Of a DNA stretch of 64,000 nucleotides, positions 56,331 to 64,000 are shown in pieces (within the stretch, counting starts at the first letter, position 1; every line of letters begins with the position of its first letter). Made by a program: the position numbers and the translations under genes. Below the pieces are notes generated by a model, which saw only the letters and a list, made by a program, of their open reading frames with translations, was not told where the DNA came from and ran no database searches. Source of the DNA: Candidatus Hermodarchaeota archaeon (GTDB lineage: Archaea > Asgardarchaeota > Hermodarchaeia > Hermodarchaeales > Hermodarchaeaceae). The DNA lies in NCBI GenBank assembly GCA_016839805.1, contig JAEOTO010000031.1, positions 168,322 through 232,321 on the forward strand, in the 5' to 3' direction.

Positions 56331-58109
56331 ATGACAGCCTCAGAACTTAGGAAGCGTTTCCTTCAGTTCTTTAAAGACAAAGATCATGCTATCATCCCCT
56401 CTGCTTCGCTAATTCCCCAACTCGATCCCACGGTTTTGTTTATGAGTGCGGGGATGCAATCCCTTGTCCCTTTCCTGTTGGGGCAGCCACATCCTCAAGG
56501 AACTCGATTGGCGAATGTGCAAAAATGTATCCGAACAGACGACATTGACGAAGTAGGTGATACTTTTCATCTTACCTTCTTTGAAATGTTAGGAAATTGG
56601 TCGTTAGGAGATTATTGGAAGCGTGCTGCAATTGAAATGGCCATGGATTTCCTAATTGCCCCAGAATACGGATTGGGACTCCAAAAAGACGTATTACACG
56701 TTACATTGTTTGAAGGAGATAAGGAAGTTTCGGCTGACGAAGAAGCTGCAGGTATTTGGGAAGAGATGGGAATTTCACGTGATCACATTCACTTTCTCCC
56801 ATACAAGGATAATTGGTGGGGACTTGGTGAGACGGGACCCCAAGGACCCGATACAGAAATCTTCGTTGATATTGGCATCTCAGCCTGTTCGAAAACCTGT
56901 CGACCTGGTTGTGGGTGTGGCAAGTTCGTAGAGATTTGGAATCTCGTCTTCATGAGTTATGATCGTGCCGCGGATGGCAAGCTGACTCCTCTGGAAAGAA
57001 AGAATATTGATACTGGTATGGGGTTAGAGCGGGCACTGCAAGTGTTAAATCAGTTATCCAGCGTGTTTGAAACTCCAGTGTTCAAACCAATTATGGACAA
57101 GATTAAAGCAATCACTAAAATTTCTGAACCCTCGGCTGAACAGATGCGTTCAATGCGAATTATTGCCGACCATATCCGATCGGCCGCCATGGCTTTAGCT
57201 GACGACCAGGGGTTAGTGCCTTCTAATGTCGAACGAGGTTATGTAATTCGGCGGTTAATCCGAGTCGCTATCCGCCGAGGTCTCCAATTAGGTGTGGAAC
57301 ACTTCTTCCTGGGTGAATTAATTCCTCCAATTCTTGAGACCCTTGGAGGTGAATACGATGAGCTCCTTCGAAATAAAGACCATATCCAAAAGGAAATTGA
57401 GAAGGAAGAAAAACGGTTTCGGACCACTGTTCGACGCGGATTACGAATCGCTGGGAGAATTCTTGACGAGAAAGGAGTACTCACGGGAAAGGATGCCTTC
57501 ATGCTTTTTGCCACCTATGGGTTTCCAATTGAAATGACGGTGCAGATCGCTGAAGAACATGGTCAAAAAATCGATATTGGTGAGTTTCGGGAAGAGTTTG
57601 AACGCCATCAACAAATTTCTCGTGATGCAACTCAACAACGATTCACCAGCGGGTTAACTGACCATTCAGAGGAGGTAATTCAACTTCACACTGCTACTCA
57701 TCTACTGCATCAAGCACTCCGTCAAATCATAGGGCCCTCTGTGTATCAGAAGGGAAGTAATATCACTAAGGAACGTCTACGCCTGGATGTTCAACTGAAT
57801 CGAAAGCTCACTGCAGAGGAACTTCAGCAAGTTGAAACTTGGGTGAATGAAATCATCGAACAGAATCTCCCAATTAGCTTCGAAACCATGTCTCCTGAGG
57901 AGGCAGAGAGACAGGGTGCCCTTGGTTTCTTTGGCGAAAAGTATGGAAACCAAGTGAAGGTTTATAGTGTAGGGGATGTGTCCAAGGAAATCTGCAGTGG
58001 CCCTCATGTTGAACGTACTGGTGTCCTAGGCAAATTCCGTATTATGAAGCAAAAGCGAATTGGTGCAGATACCTTACGTCTGCGAGCCATTTTGAAAGTT
58101 GAAGGATAG
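56331..58109 (+). CDS. alaS: Alanine--tRNA ligase, short form lacking C-Ala
   Basis: LF..AGMQ, QKCIR, H.TFFEMLGNWS.GDY.K, IDTGMGLER, ADH.R, HTATHLL, E.CSGPHV. Confidence 0.93.
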   Translation: MTASELRKRFLQFFKDKDHAIIPSASLIPQLDPTVLFMSAGMQSLVPFLLGQPHPQGTRLANVQKCIRTDDIDEVGDTFHLTFFEMLGNWSLGDYWKRAAIEMAMDFLIAPEYGLGLQKDVLHVTLFEGDKEVSADEEAAGIWEEMGISRDHIHFLPYKDNWWGLGETGPQGPDTEIFVDIGISACSKTCRPGCGCGKFVEIWNLVFMSYDRAADGKLTPLERKNIDTGMGLERALQVLNQLSSVFETPVFKPIMDKIKAITKISEPSAEQMRSMRIIADHIRSAAMALADDQGLVPSNVERGYVIRRLIRVAIRRGLQLGVEHFFLGELIPPILETLGGEYDELLRNKDHIQKEIEKEEKRFRTTVRRGLRIAGRILDEKGVLTGKDAFMLFATYGFPIEMTVQIAEEHGQKIDIGEFREEFERHQQISRDATQQRFTSGLTDHSEEVIQLHTATHLLHQALRQIIGPSVYQKGSNITKERLRLDVQLNRKLTAEELQQVETWVNEIIEQNLPISFETMSPEEAERQGALGFFGEKYGNQVKVYSVGDVSKEICSGPHVERTGVLGKFRIMKQKRIGADTLRLRAILKVEG

Positions 58110-58163
58110 CTTACACTGATGTCAAACTTTCTGGTTAAGTGGTGGAGGTTTCGTTTAAAATTC

Positions 58164-58649
58164 TTAATCTTTTTTCTTAATAGGAAGAGGCATGATGTAC
58201 ATCTGTGAGATGAATTGTGTGCCACCACACGCACAGGTGCCTTCTTTTTTGAAGATATAATCCTCTTTCTCCCAAATCCGTTCACTTGTCCTGTCGCACG
58301 CTTCACAACGAAGTTGAACCACAACGCCAATTTTTTTGTATTCAAGCATGTACCGATTGAGCCGTGCGTTGACGGTTCCTGTGATGGCATAGACTACCAT
58401 TGCGAAAAGAAAGGTGAGCATCAGAACATAGTAGAACCATTCAGGTAAGGGAAAGGGGATTCCCCCAAGGAATAATGGGAGAAAATTCATGTAAATGAGA
58501 ATACCCATTTGGATCATAAGGGCTAAGAGGAGGATAGATGATACGATTCCCATTACCCTACTCGTTCTCACATATGACTGAATTCGCTGGACTAGTCTTC
58601 GGACTTGGTCAATAGTAGGTTTGGGTTCTCGCCAAGTATCTACAGTCAT
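58164..58649 (-). CDS. Membrane protein with C-terminal Zn finger
   Basis: Two TM helices, then CEAC....R.W...DYIFK..G.C.CGG. Confidence 0.65.
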   Translation of the reverse strand: MTVDTWREPKPTIDQVRRLVQRIQSYVRTSRVMGIVSSILLLALMIQMGILIYMNFLPLFLGGIPFPLPEWFYYVLMLTFLFAMVVYAITGTVNARLNRYMLEYKKIGVVVQLRCEACDRTSERIWEKEDYIFKKEGTCACGGTQFISQMYIMPLPIKKKD

Positions 58650-58722
58650 ATTCGTCCTGCTGGCGTAGTGAACATAGGCTTTTAAGGCTTACGAAGTCGC
58701 ACGTTAGTAAGTCGTACATTAG

Positions 58723-59160
58723 GTGGCTGAGAATATGCCCGGGGCAAATACACGGTGGACAGCCGCAGGAGTTAACTCACCGGTTTTGGCGGTTGATGCT
58801 GTTATCCGATTGAAGGAGGGAGGAGTGCTATTCGTTCGACGACAAAACCACCCATTTAAAGATTGGTGGGCACTTCCCGGAGGTCTAGTAGAAGTCGGAG
58901 AAACCATTGAAGAAGCATTGATTCGAGAGATAGAAGAAGAAACGGGCCTCCTTGTGAAATCAATGCAATTAATCGGAGTCTTCTCGGATCCTAAGAGGGA
59001 TCCGAGGGGTCATACTGTGAGTGTCGCCTACCTAGTCTCTTCGGTTAGTGGAACTCTAAAGGCAGGAAGTGATGCAGCCGAAGTTCGAGTATTTAGCAAG
59101 TTACCTGAGAAGCTAGCATTTGATCACCGACACATCATTGATGTCTCAGGCGTCTTCTAG
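58723..59160 (+). CDS. NUDIX hydrolase (ADP-ribose pyrophosphatase-like)
   Basis: WALPGG.VE.GET..EA..RE..EETGL, RDPRGH, LAFDH. Confidence 0.9.
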   Translation: MAENMPGANTRWTAAGVNSPVLAVDAVIRLKEGGVLFVRRQNHPFKDWWALPGGLVEVGETIEEALIREIEEETGLLVKSMQLIGVFSDPKRDPRGHTVSVAYLVSSVSGTLKAGSDAAEVRVFSKLPEKLAFDHRHIIDVSGVF

Positions 59161-59282
59161 GGTGGAGAGGACCGCAATTCCCGTTTAGTTAATGAGTAGA
59201 GCTCAACAAAGTTTATATGTAAGCCTATTACACTCTAGCTTGCAGTACCCCCAACCGCTACAGATGGCGGGGTGTAGCAAGA

Positions 59283-59921
59283 ATGTCAGACACAGACAAG
59301 GAAGCCATCTTGATTCGCGTTTCCGAATTTCTCTCTAAAGCTGTCAATGATTTAGCTGATGCGCTAAACACAGTCACCAGACAGGTTACTGAATTTCAAT
59401 CTAGCCTGAAGAAAATCCGTTCAGACCTCAAAACCGCACAAGTCACTCCAATGGCAGCAGCCAGTACACCACTAATGGCTACTGAAATTAGTACAGCGGG
59501 TCCTTCGACAGACAGCCTGTTTGATTTTCTGGAAGGTGATACTGCTGCTATGACCACAGCAGCTCCTAGCAGTGATGCTGAATCAATCCTTCTAGGCGAA
59601 ACTCCTGCTGCCGCACCTACTGCTGCGCCTCCCTCAGTACCGCCCGTAGGACCACCAGCGGAACCAGCTGCTATGCCTCCTTCAGCCCCACCTAAAGCAC
59701 CACCTGTTGCTCCAGCTCCAAAGGCACCGCCAAGTGGACCTCCCTCTGCTCCACCTGCTGCTGCACCACCTATTGCACCTGCCGCTGCACCACCTGCTGC
59801 AGGCCCACCGAGTCCACCTGTTGCCGCTCCTGGTGCCCCAGCTGCTGGTGCTGGTATTGCTGGGCTTCGGAATGAAATGATGGCAGAAATCAAGCGGATC
59901 AAAGAAATCTTTGAAAGCTAG
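59283..59921 (+). CDS. Coiled-coil / Pro-Ala-rich protein with C-terminal amphipathic helix
   Basis: N-terminal heptads, ~85-aa PPxAPP region, C-terminal LRNEMMAEIKRIK; TTTATA box upstream. Confidence 0.72.
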   Translation: MSDTDKEAILIRVSEFLSKAVNDLADALNTVTRQVTEFQSSLKKIRSDLKTAQVTPMAAASTPLMATEISTAGPSTDSLFDFLEGDTAAMTTAAPSSDAESILLGETPAAAPTAAPPSVPPVGPPAEPAAMPPSAPPKAPPVAPAPKAPPSGPPSAPPAAAPPIAPAAAPPAAGPPSPPVAAPGAPAAGAGIAGLRNEMMAEIKRIKEIFES

Positions 59922-60062
59922 AGCCCAGTTCTTCATTTCTTTTTGTAATAGATTCTGAAGTAATATACCAACTTCAGATGAGGTTTCGGGATGTAGTTAT
60001 CACTTATGTTACGCGAGGAATAAAGGAAAAAGGGGAAGCAGGGCTGCGCGTATTCTAGATTG

Positions 60063-60395
60063 TTAGGTTGACAAGCGCCAGATCATATCACTGGTGATAA
60101 TGAAGAAGGATTCATCCTTATAGATTACAAGGGCATGATGGTATTTTGCCACTGCTAGGAACGTTTTGATTTTTGTCTCCTCGCCGTCACGGTACCTCAT
60201 ATCTATCGTTCCACCGACAGAGCCCTTATTAATTCCGAGCTTGTCAATTGCACGTTCATCCACAATTGGTATCTTTAACGACTTTGCTTCATTGTAGACT
60301 GCCTGGCGGAATGCGCTAACTGCTGGTTTTGACATAGCATACTTCTCTCCGTAATCTGGATAGTGGGATAGGATTGACTTTATGGATTTGAGCAT
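60063..60395 (-). CDS. Hypothetical protein
   Basis: ORF downstream of lysS, followed by pyrimidine tract; start uncertain. Confidence 0.55.
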   Translation of the reverse strand: MLKSIKSILSHYPDYGEKYAMSKPAVSAFRQAVYNEAKSLKIPIVDERAIDKLGINKGSVGGTIDMRYRDGEETKIKTFLAVAKYHHALVIYKDESFFIITSDMIWRLST

Positions 60396-60444
60396 ATATA
60401 GGTTGCGTCTTGTTTGCCGAAAGATGGTTTGGTTTAATAAGCTC

Positions 60445-62106
60445 TCACTTTGAGAGAGAGGCAAGATATTGGAGACGTAGACGAACTATGGCAGGGTCAG
60501 TGAATGCAAAATAGGCGGAAATCCGGGGCCCTTTATCGGTGCCAAAAAATGCTTGGTAGAGATATCGGAAGAAGGCACGTTGCATGTCTTTGGGCATTGA
60601 TTGGGTAAGCTGTTTCATTGCATCTGTAATCTTATGTTCTGTCCATTGTGTTGGGTCAAGGGTGTCATAGAGCTGTTGATAGAAGGTTCGGAGCTCATTA
60701 GTTATGGTTTGGTTCAGTCCGTCTGGTGGAGTAGAGAGGGTTGTGATGCGGTAGGTTTCGGGAGCATAATGATTAACCCAAGTTTTCGCCCGTTCTAGCC
60801 GGGTTATGATATAGGTCTGCTGATCATTAGTTTGAGACGAGGGAATGATGCCACTACTTGCGAGTTTATCAATGGCAGCACCTGGTAGGCTGTCTGCAGG
60901 TATTATTTGCGTTAGAAGCACTGCATGAAGATAGGGGACTTGGATGGGCGGTGTATCCGGGAGCGGATCAAGATTAGCCAGTTCATAGCTGCGACAAATA
61001 TCAGCAATTTCCTGGGGTGAAGCCCTAGGCATGTCAATCTTGTAATATACTCGTTCAGCGCGTTCATATTGCCCGATATAAGTAGGGATATATTCCAAGC
61101 CTAAGGTGAGGCGTTTCATAGATTTGTTTTTCAAGTAAATATAGCGAAGAGCTTCCCCAGGGGCGACAGAGATCCAGGTTTTTGGTGTGAACCCATTGAA
61201 GTTTGAGCTGCCCATATCACCTTTATCGACTCCGTCTTCAATGAGGCCGACCCACTCATTGGCATACGGAACTGGAGGTTTGAATTTATAGAAAGTTTCC
61301 GCTATTTCTTTTGCACTGTCCCGCGATCCTCCAGGAGTGGCGTGGTCTTTCCCAAAGGGTTCGAATCCAACACCGAGAACCTTCCAGAGGGCAGCCCATT
61401 CGAAGCGCCAGGATAATTTTCCATTAAAAATACTGGTGGTTCCATTATGACCACACCTGTCGCAGCGGTAACTGGCTGTGTAGGTTTCTAAATTCACTTC
61501 CATGACCGTGGTTGTACTAATTCGGTGACATTGTTCACACACGACGTTGATTGGATACCATCCTTTTGGAAACGGATTTCGAACCCGATATTTATTGACA
61601 ATCTTACGGGCTTGTTCCCGATGTTTAATGGTAAAGCGCACTAATTCATGCATCTTGGACCAGGTGTAAATTTCATTAGTACTGACTAATTTAGTATCAC
61701 GACTAAAGTAGTCTAAGTAGTCTCCAAAATCTAACCAATATCGATCTACCCAGCTTTCTAGCTCACCCTGAGGATCTGGTACATCGATGAGACGGCGACC
61801 GACATATTCTTTGGCCTTATCAGGGTTTGGAAACTGAGCCAGCTGACCCTCTTTGCCTTTCCATTCGTCACTAGTATACCGGACGATGTTGTGCTGAGAC
61901 TTGTACCCCTTTTGACGGAGCTGGTGCATAACGGTATTTGTTAAGGTAATTTCACCGCGAAGCCGACCAACATGCTGCAAGCCAGAGACGGATAATCCAC
62001 AACTACAGTCAATCGTCGAAGCATTTACTCCCCAGTACTCGATGATTTCATGGACGAGGGCGTCAATCCAATGTTGATAAGTTGCTTGCTCCGTCACGTC
62101 ATTCAC
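60445..62106 (-). CDS. lysS: Lysine--tRNA ligase, class I
   Basis: HW.D, SG..HVG..R, Zn knuckles, GKL.WR.EW, EP.GKDH...GGS, MGSS, GPR. Confidence 0.93.
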   Translation of the reverse strand: MNDVTEQATYQHWIDALVHEIIEYWGVNASTIDCSCGLSVSGLQHVGRLRGEITLTNTVMHQLRQKGYKSQHNIVRYTSDEWKGKEGQLAQFPNPDKAKEYVGRRLIDVPDPQGELESWVDRYWLDFGDYLDYFSRDTKLVSTNEIYTWSKMHELVRFTIKHREQARKIVNKYRVRNPFPKGWYPINVVCEQCHRISTTTVMEVNLETYTASYRCDRCGHNGTTSIFNGKLSWRFEWAALWKVLGVGFEPFGKDHATPGGSRDSAKEIAETFYKFKPPVPYANEWVGLIEDGVDKGDMGSSNFNGFTPKTWISVAPGEALRYIYLKNKSMKRLTLGLEYIPTYIGQYERAERVYYKIDMPRASPQEIADICRSYELANLDPLPDTPPIQVPYLHAVLLTQIIPADSLPGAAIDKLASSGIIPSSQTNDQQTYIITRLERAKTWVNHYAPETYRITTLSTPPDGLNQTITNELRTFYQQLYDTLDPTQWTEHKITDAMKQLTQSMPKDMQRAFFRYLYQAFFGTDKGPRISAYFAFTDPAIVRLRLQYLASLSK

Positions 62107-62154
62107 CAGTTACCGTTTCCAGTAATGAACAAGACTTTATCAAGGGTTCGTTTC

Positions 62155-63297
62155 TCAGCTACTCACTGACGATGATGGAACCGCCCCAACGTCATTATAT
62201 AAACGACGAATACCACTAGTGAGTTCACCAAGATTCCATTCCGTTTCCGCGGACACCAATACCGAAGGAAGCCCATAATCCTCTTGAATAAAGGAACCCA
62301 CTTCTTCAGTTAACTCATGCCCGACCAAATCCGTCTTGTTCAACACAACTATAATCCGCGCTTCATCAACTCCAGTCTCCTGTAAAATCTCTAATGAACT
62401 CCTAACCTTCATCTTCAAGAGTTGCATCGGATCAGAAAGATCGACAACAAGAAGCACTACATCTGATCCCCGCATATCATCCAAATTCAACTGAAACGCA
62501 GAAATTAACTCAGGATCCAAATCTAACGCAAAACCAATAGTATCCACAAAGAACATCTCGGGGTGTACAGCCTTCGACCACTTTGACGCCAACGTGGTAA
62601 ACGGACGATCACTCACTTCTTTGTCCGCTCCTGTTAAAGCGTTAAAAAGACTTGTTTTTCCAGCATTATAACACCCGACGAAACACACCATTGGCACTCC
62701 CAATTCATTCCGCTTTTGCATCCGCCGTTGATGTTCCCGTCGAAACCGAGCCAGCTCCGCAGTCACCTTCGCAATACGCTTTCTCAACTGCCGGAGTTGG
62801 GCATGATAAGCATACTCTCCCGGACCACGCCCCCCTCGTCGTGCGGGCCGTTCTTTTAATAACCGTTCACTCTCTATCACCTTGATGAAGGGATAGCTTT
62901 TCTGCAACCGGGCCAGCTCGAGCTGCAACTTTGACACTCGATCCCGTGCCTCACGATCAAACACCTGTAGCACAACTTCGTACCGATCTAATACAGGGAC
63001 ACCCAGCTCTCGTTGTAGGTTATGCTTTTGCATCGAGGTGAGGACATTATAGACCGCAACAACATCAATATCTTCAAGAGCCACTAATGTCGCTATCTCA
63101 GCCAGCTTCCCCCTACCAAACATGTAACCCCCATGGATTTTCACTCGCGTTTGTAATACCGTTTCAATAACGTCAAACCCAGCAGCTTCGATTAACTGCA
63201 GAAACTCCTCTAACTGCAGCGTCCACTCCACATGATCATGAACCCTCTGTCGCAGCATTGCAACTAATGCACGATTCAATGCTAATTCACCCATCAA
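62155..63297 (-). CDS. hflX: GTPase HflX
   Basis: G.GKL.E, DR...L..F, LQ.ELA.L, G.GPGE, NAGKTSLFNALT, DTIGF, NKTD, VSA. Confidence 0.88.
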   Translation of the reverse strand: MMGELALNRALVAMLRQRVHDHVEWTLQLEEFLQLIEAAGFDVIETVLQTRVKIHGGYMFGRGKLAEIATLVALEDIDVVAVYNVLTSMQKHNLQRELGVPVLDRYEVVLQVFDREARDRVSKLQLELARLQKSYPFIKVIESERLLKERPARRGGRGPGEYAYHAQLRQLRKRIAKVTAELARFRREHQRRMQKRNELGVPMVCFVGCYNAGKTSLFNALTGADKEVSDRPFTTLASKWSKAVHPEMFFVDTIGFALDLDPELISAFQLNLDDMRGSDVVLLVVDLSDPMQLLKMKVRSSLEILQETGVDEARIIVVLNKTDLVGHELTEEVGSFIQEDYGLPSVLVSAETEWNLGELTSGIRRLYNDVGAVPSSSVSS

Positions 63298-63344
63298 TCG
63301 TAATTGTGATTATTTTCAATTAAAATACTATCAAGTCGTGCTAT

Positions 63345-63381
63345 AAAAAAGAGAGAAACAGGGAGTCGACGCTGACTCCCT
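63345..63381 (-). terminator. Hairpin + pyrimidine-tract terminator
   Basis: AGGGAGTC/GACTCCCT stem, then TTTCTCTCTTTTTT on minus strand. Confidence 0.7.
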
Positions 63382-63385
63382 AGTT

Positions 63386-63610
63386 TTAGAATGGTAAGAG
63401 CGGAGCCAGGAAGAATGCGAAGAGCCAGGCAAAGATGAGATGGATGATAAACGCTAGTATGGCGACTATTAAGGCACCAATACACCCTGTTTGGAAATAG
63501 TACCTAATGACGAGTAGGTAGGCAATGAAGATTACAAGACCAGCCGCCCACCAAAACGGTGCGAGAAACGCTAGGAAAGCATAATAGAGTAATCTTTTTA
63601 CATCTCCCAT
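63386..63610 (-). CDS. Small hydrophobic membrane protein
   Basis: 74-aa hydrophobic ORF with a terminator immediately downstream. Confidence 0.6.
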   Translation of the reverse strand: MGDVKRLLYYAFLAFLAPFWWAAGLVIFIAYLLVIRYYFQTGCIGALIVAILAFIIHLIFAWLFAFFLAPLLPF

Positions 63611-64000
63611 TCATAGCTTTGTGCTAATTTATTCAACAAAAACCCCGGAAACCAGTTGATGCGCGCCATAACCAAGCTAAAACACCGAAAACCCCACTTT
63701 AACGCATCTAACCACGCAAAATGAGGAACAAAACCGACTTAATTCCCGAATCCGCAACAACAAAAGCCCGTAGAACCGCTGAAACGTAACGATTATAAGG
63801 CGCCACAACGCACAGTAATACAGCGAGAAAGGTGACAGGAAACTAACCCCCTGTCTCCGGAGGTTACCCCGGGAACAAGCATACTTGGCTTCAACGAGGA
63901 AAAGCCGCAATGCAAGCCTAGAATTTTAAAAACCTCGATATCCCCGCTGGAAATCTGTAGCCACACCTTTCTCCCAGGCGAGTGTGCTTCCCTTTGGGGC

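Noticed and set aside
59396-59902. Gly/Ala-rich antisense ORF (collagen/PGRS-like look)
   Set aside because: Mirror of the Pro/Ala-rich sense gene, which has promoter and terminator signals
63860-63910. RNase P RNA (GAGGAAA)
   Set aside because: Lacks GAGGAAAGUCC and the other conserved regions

Overview
Gene-dense chromosomal segment of an archaeon, most likely Asgard (inference from class I LysRS, Alba, TrmI, archaeal PDCD5-like protein, TATA-type promoters, many Zn-ribbon proteins and C-terminally anchored surface proteins with an IPGFP sorting motif). About 64 CDSs, with no tRNA, rRNA, CRISPR array or transposase recognised. Housekeeping genes: ilvA-like, trmI, pncB/pncA, mtnP, alaS, lysS, hflX. 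Highlights: (1) a small protein whose N-terminus matches the eukaryotic E2F/DP winged-helix (KRRLYD motif), near an Alba with a long Lys/Ala/Glu/Pro tail and a PDCD5-like gene; (2) a complete bacillithiol-type set (bshA, bshB, bshC), with a GC-rich, kink-turn-containing leader in front of bshA; (3) a coiled-coil/proline-rich protein ending in a WH2/VASP-like helix; (4) four same-orientation TTGGGGTCACATAA-like sites, each separating a single accessory gene (cassette-like); (5) a 26-aa Pro/Trp peptide gene facing a tandem-Lrp-like regulator; (6) paralogous surface proteins sharing a 37-bp promoter block around a wHTH-RDD fusion; (7) an SPFH/Zn-ribbon membrane-stress-like module; (8) recurrent hairpin + pyrimidine-tract terminators. 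All calls come from motif recognition by eye; no database searches were run.
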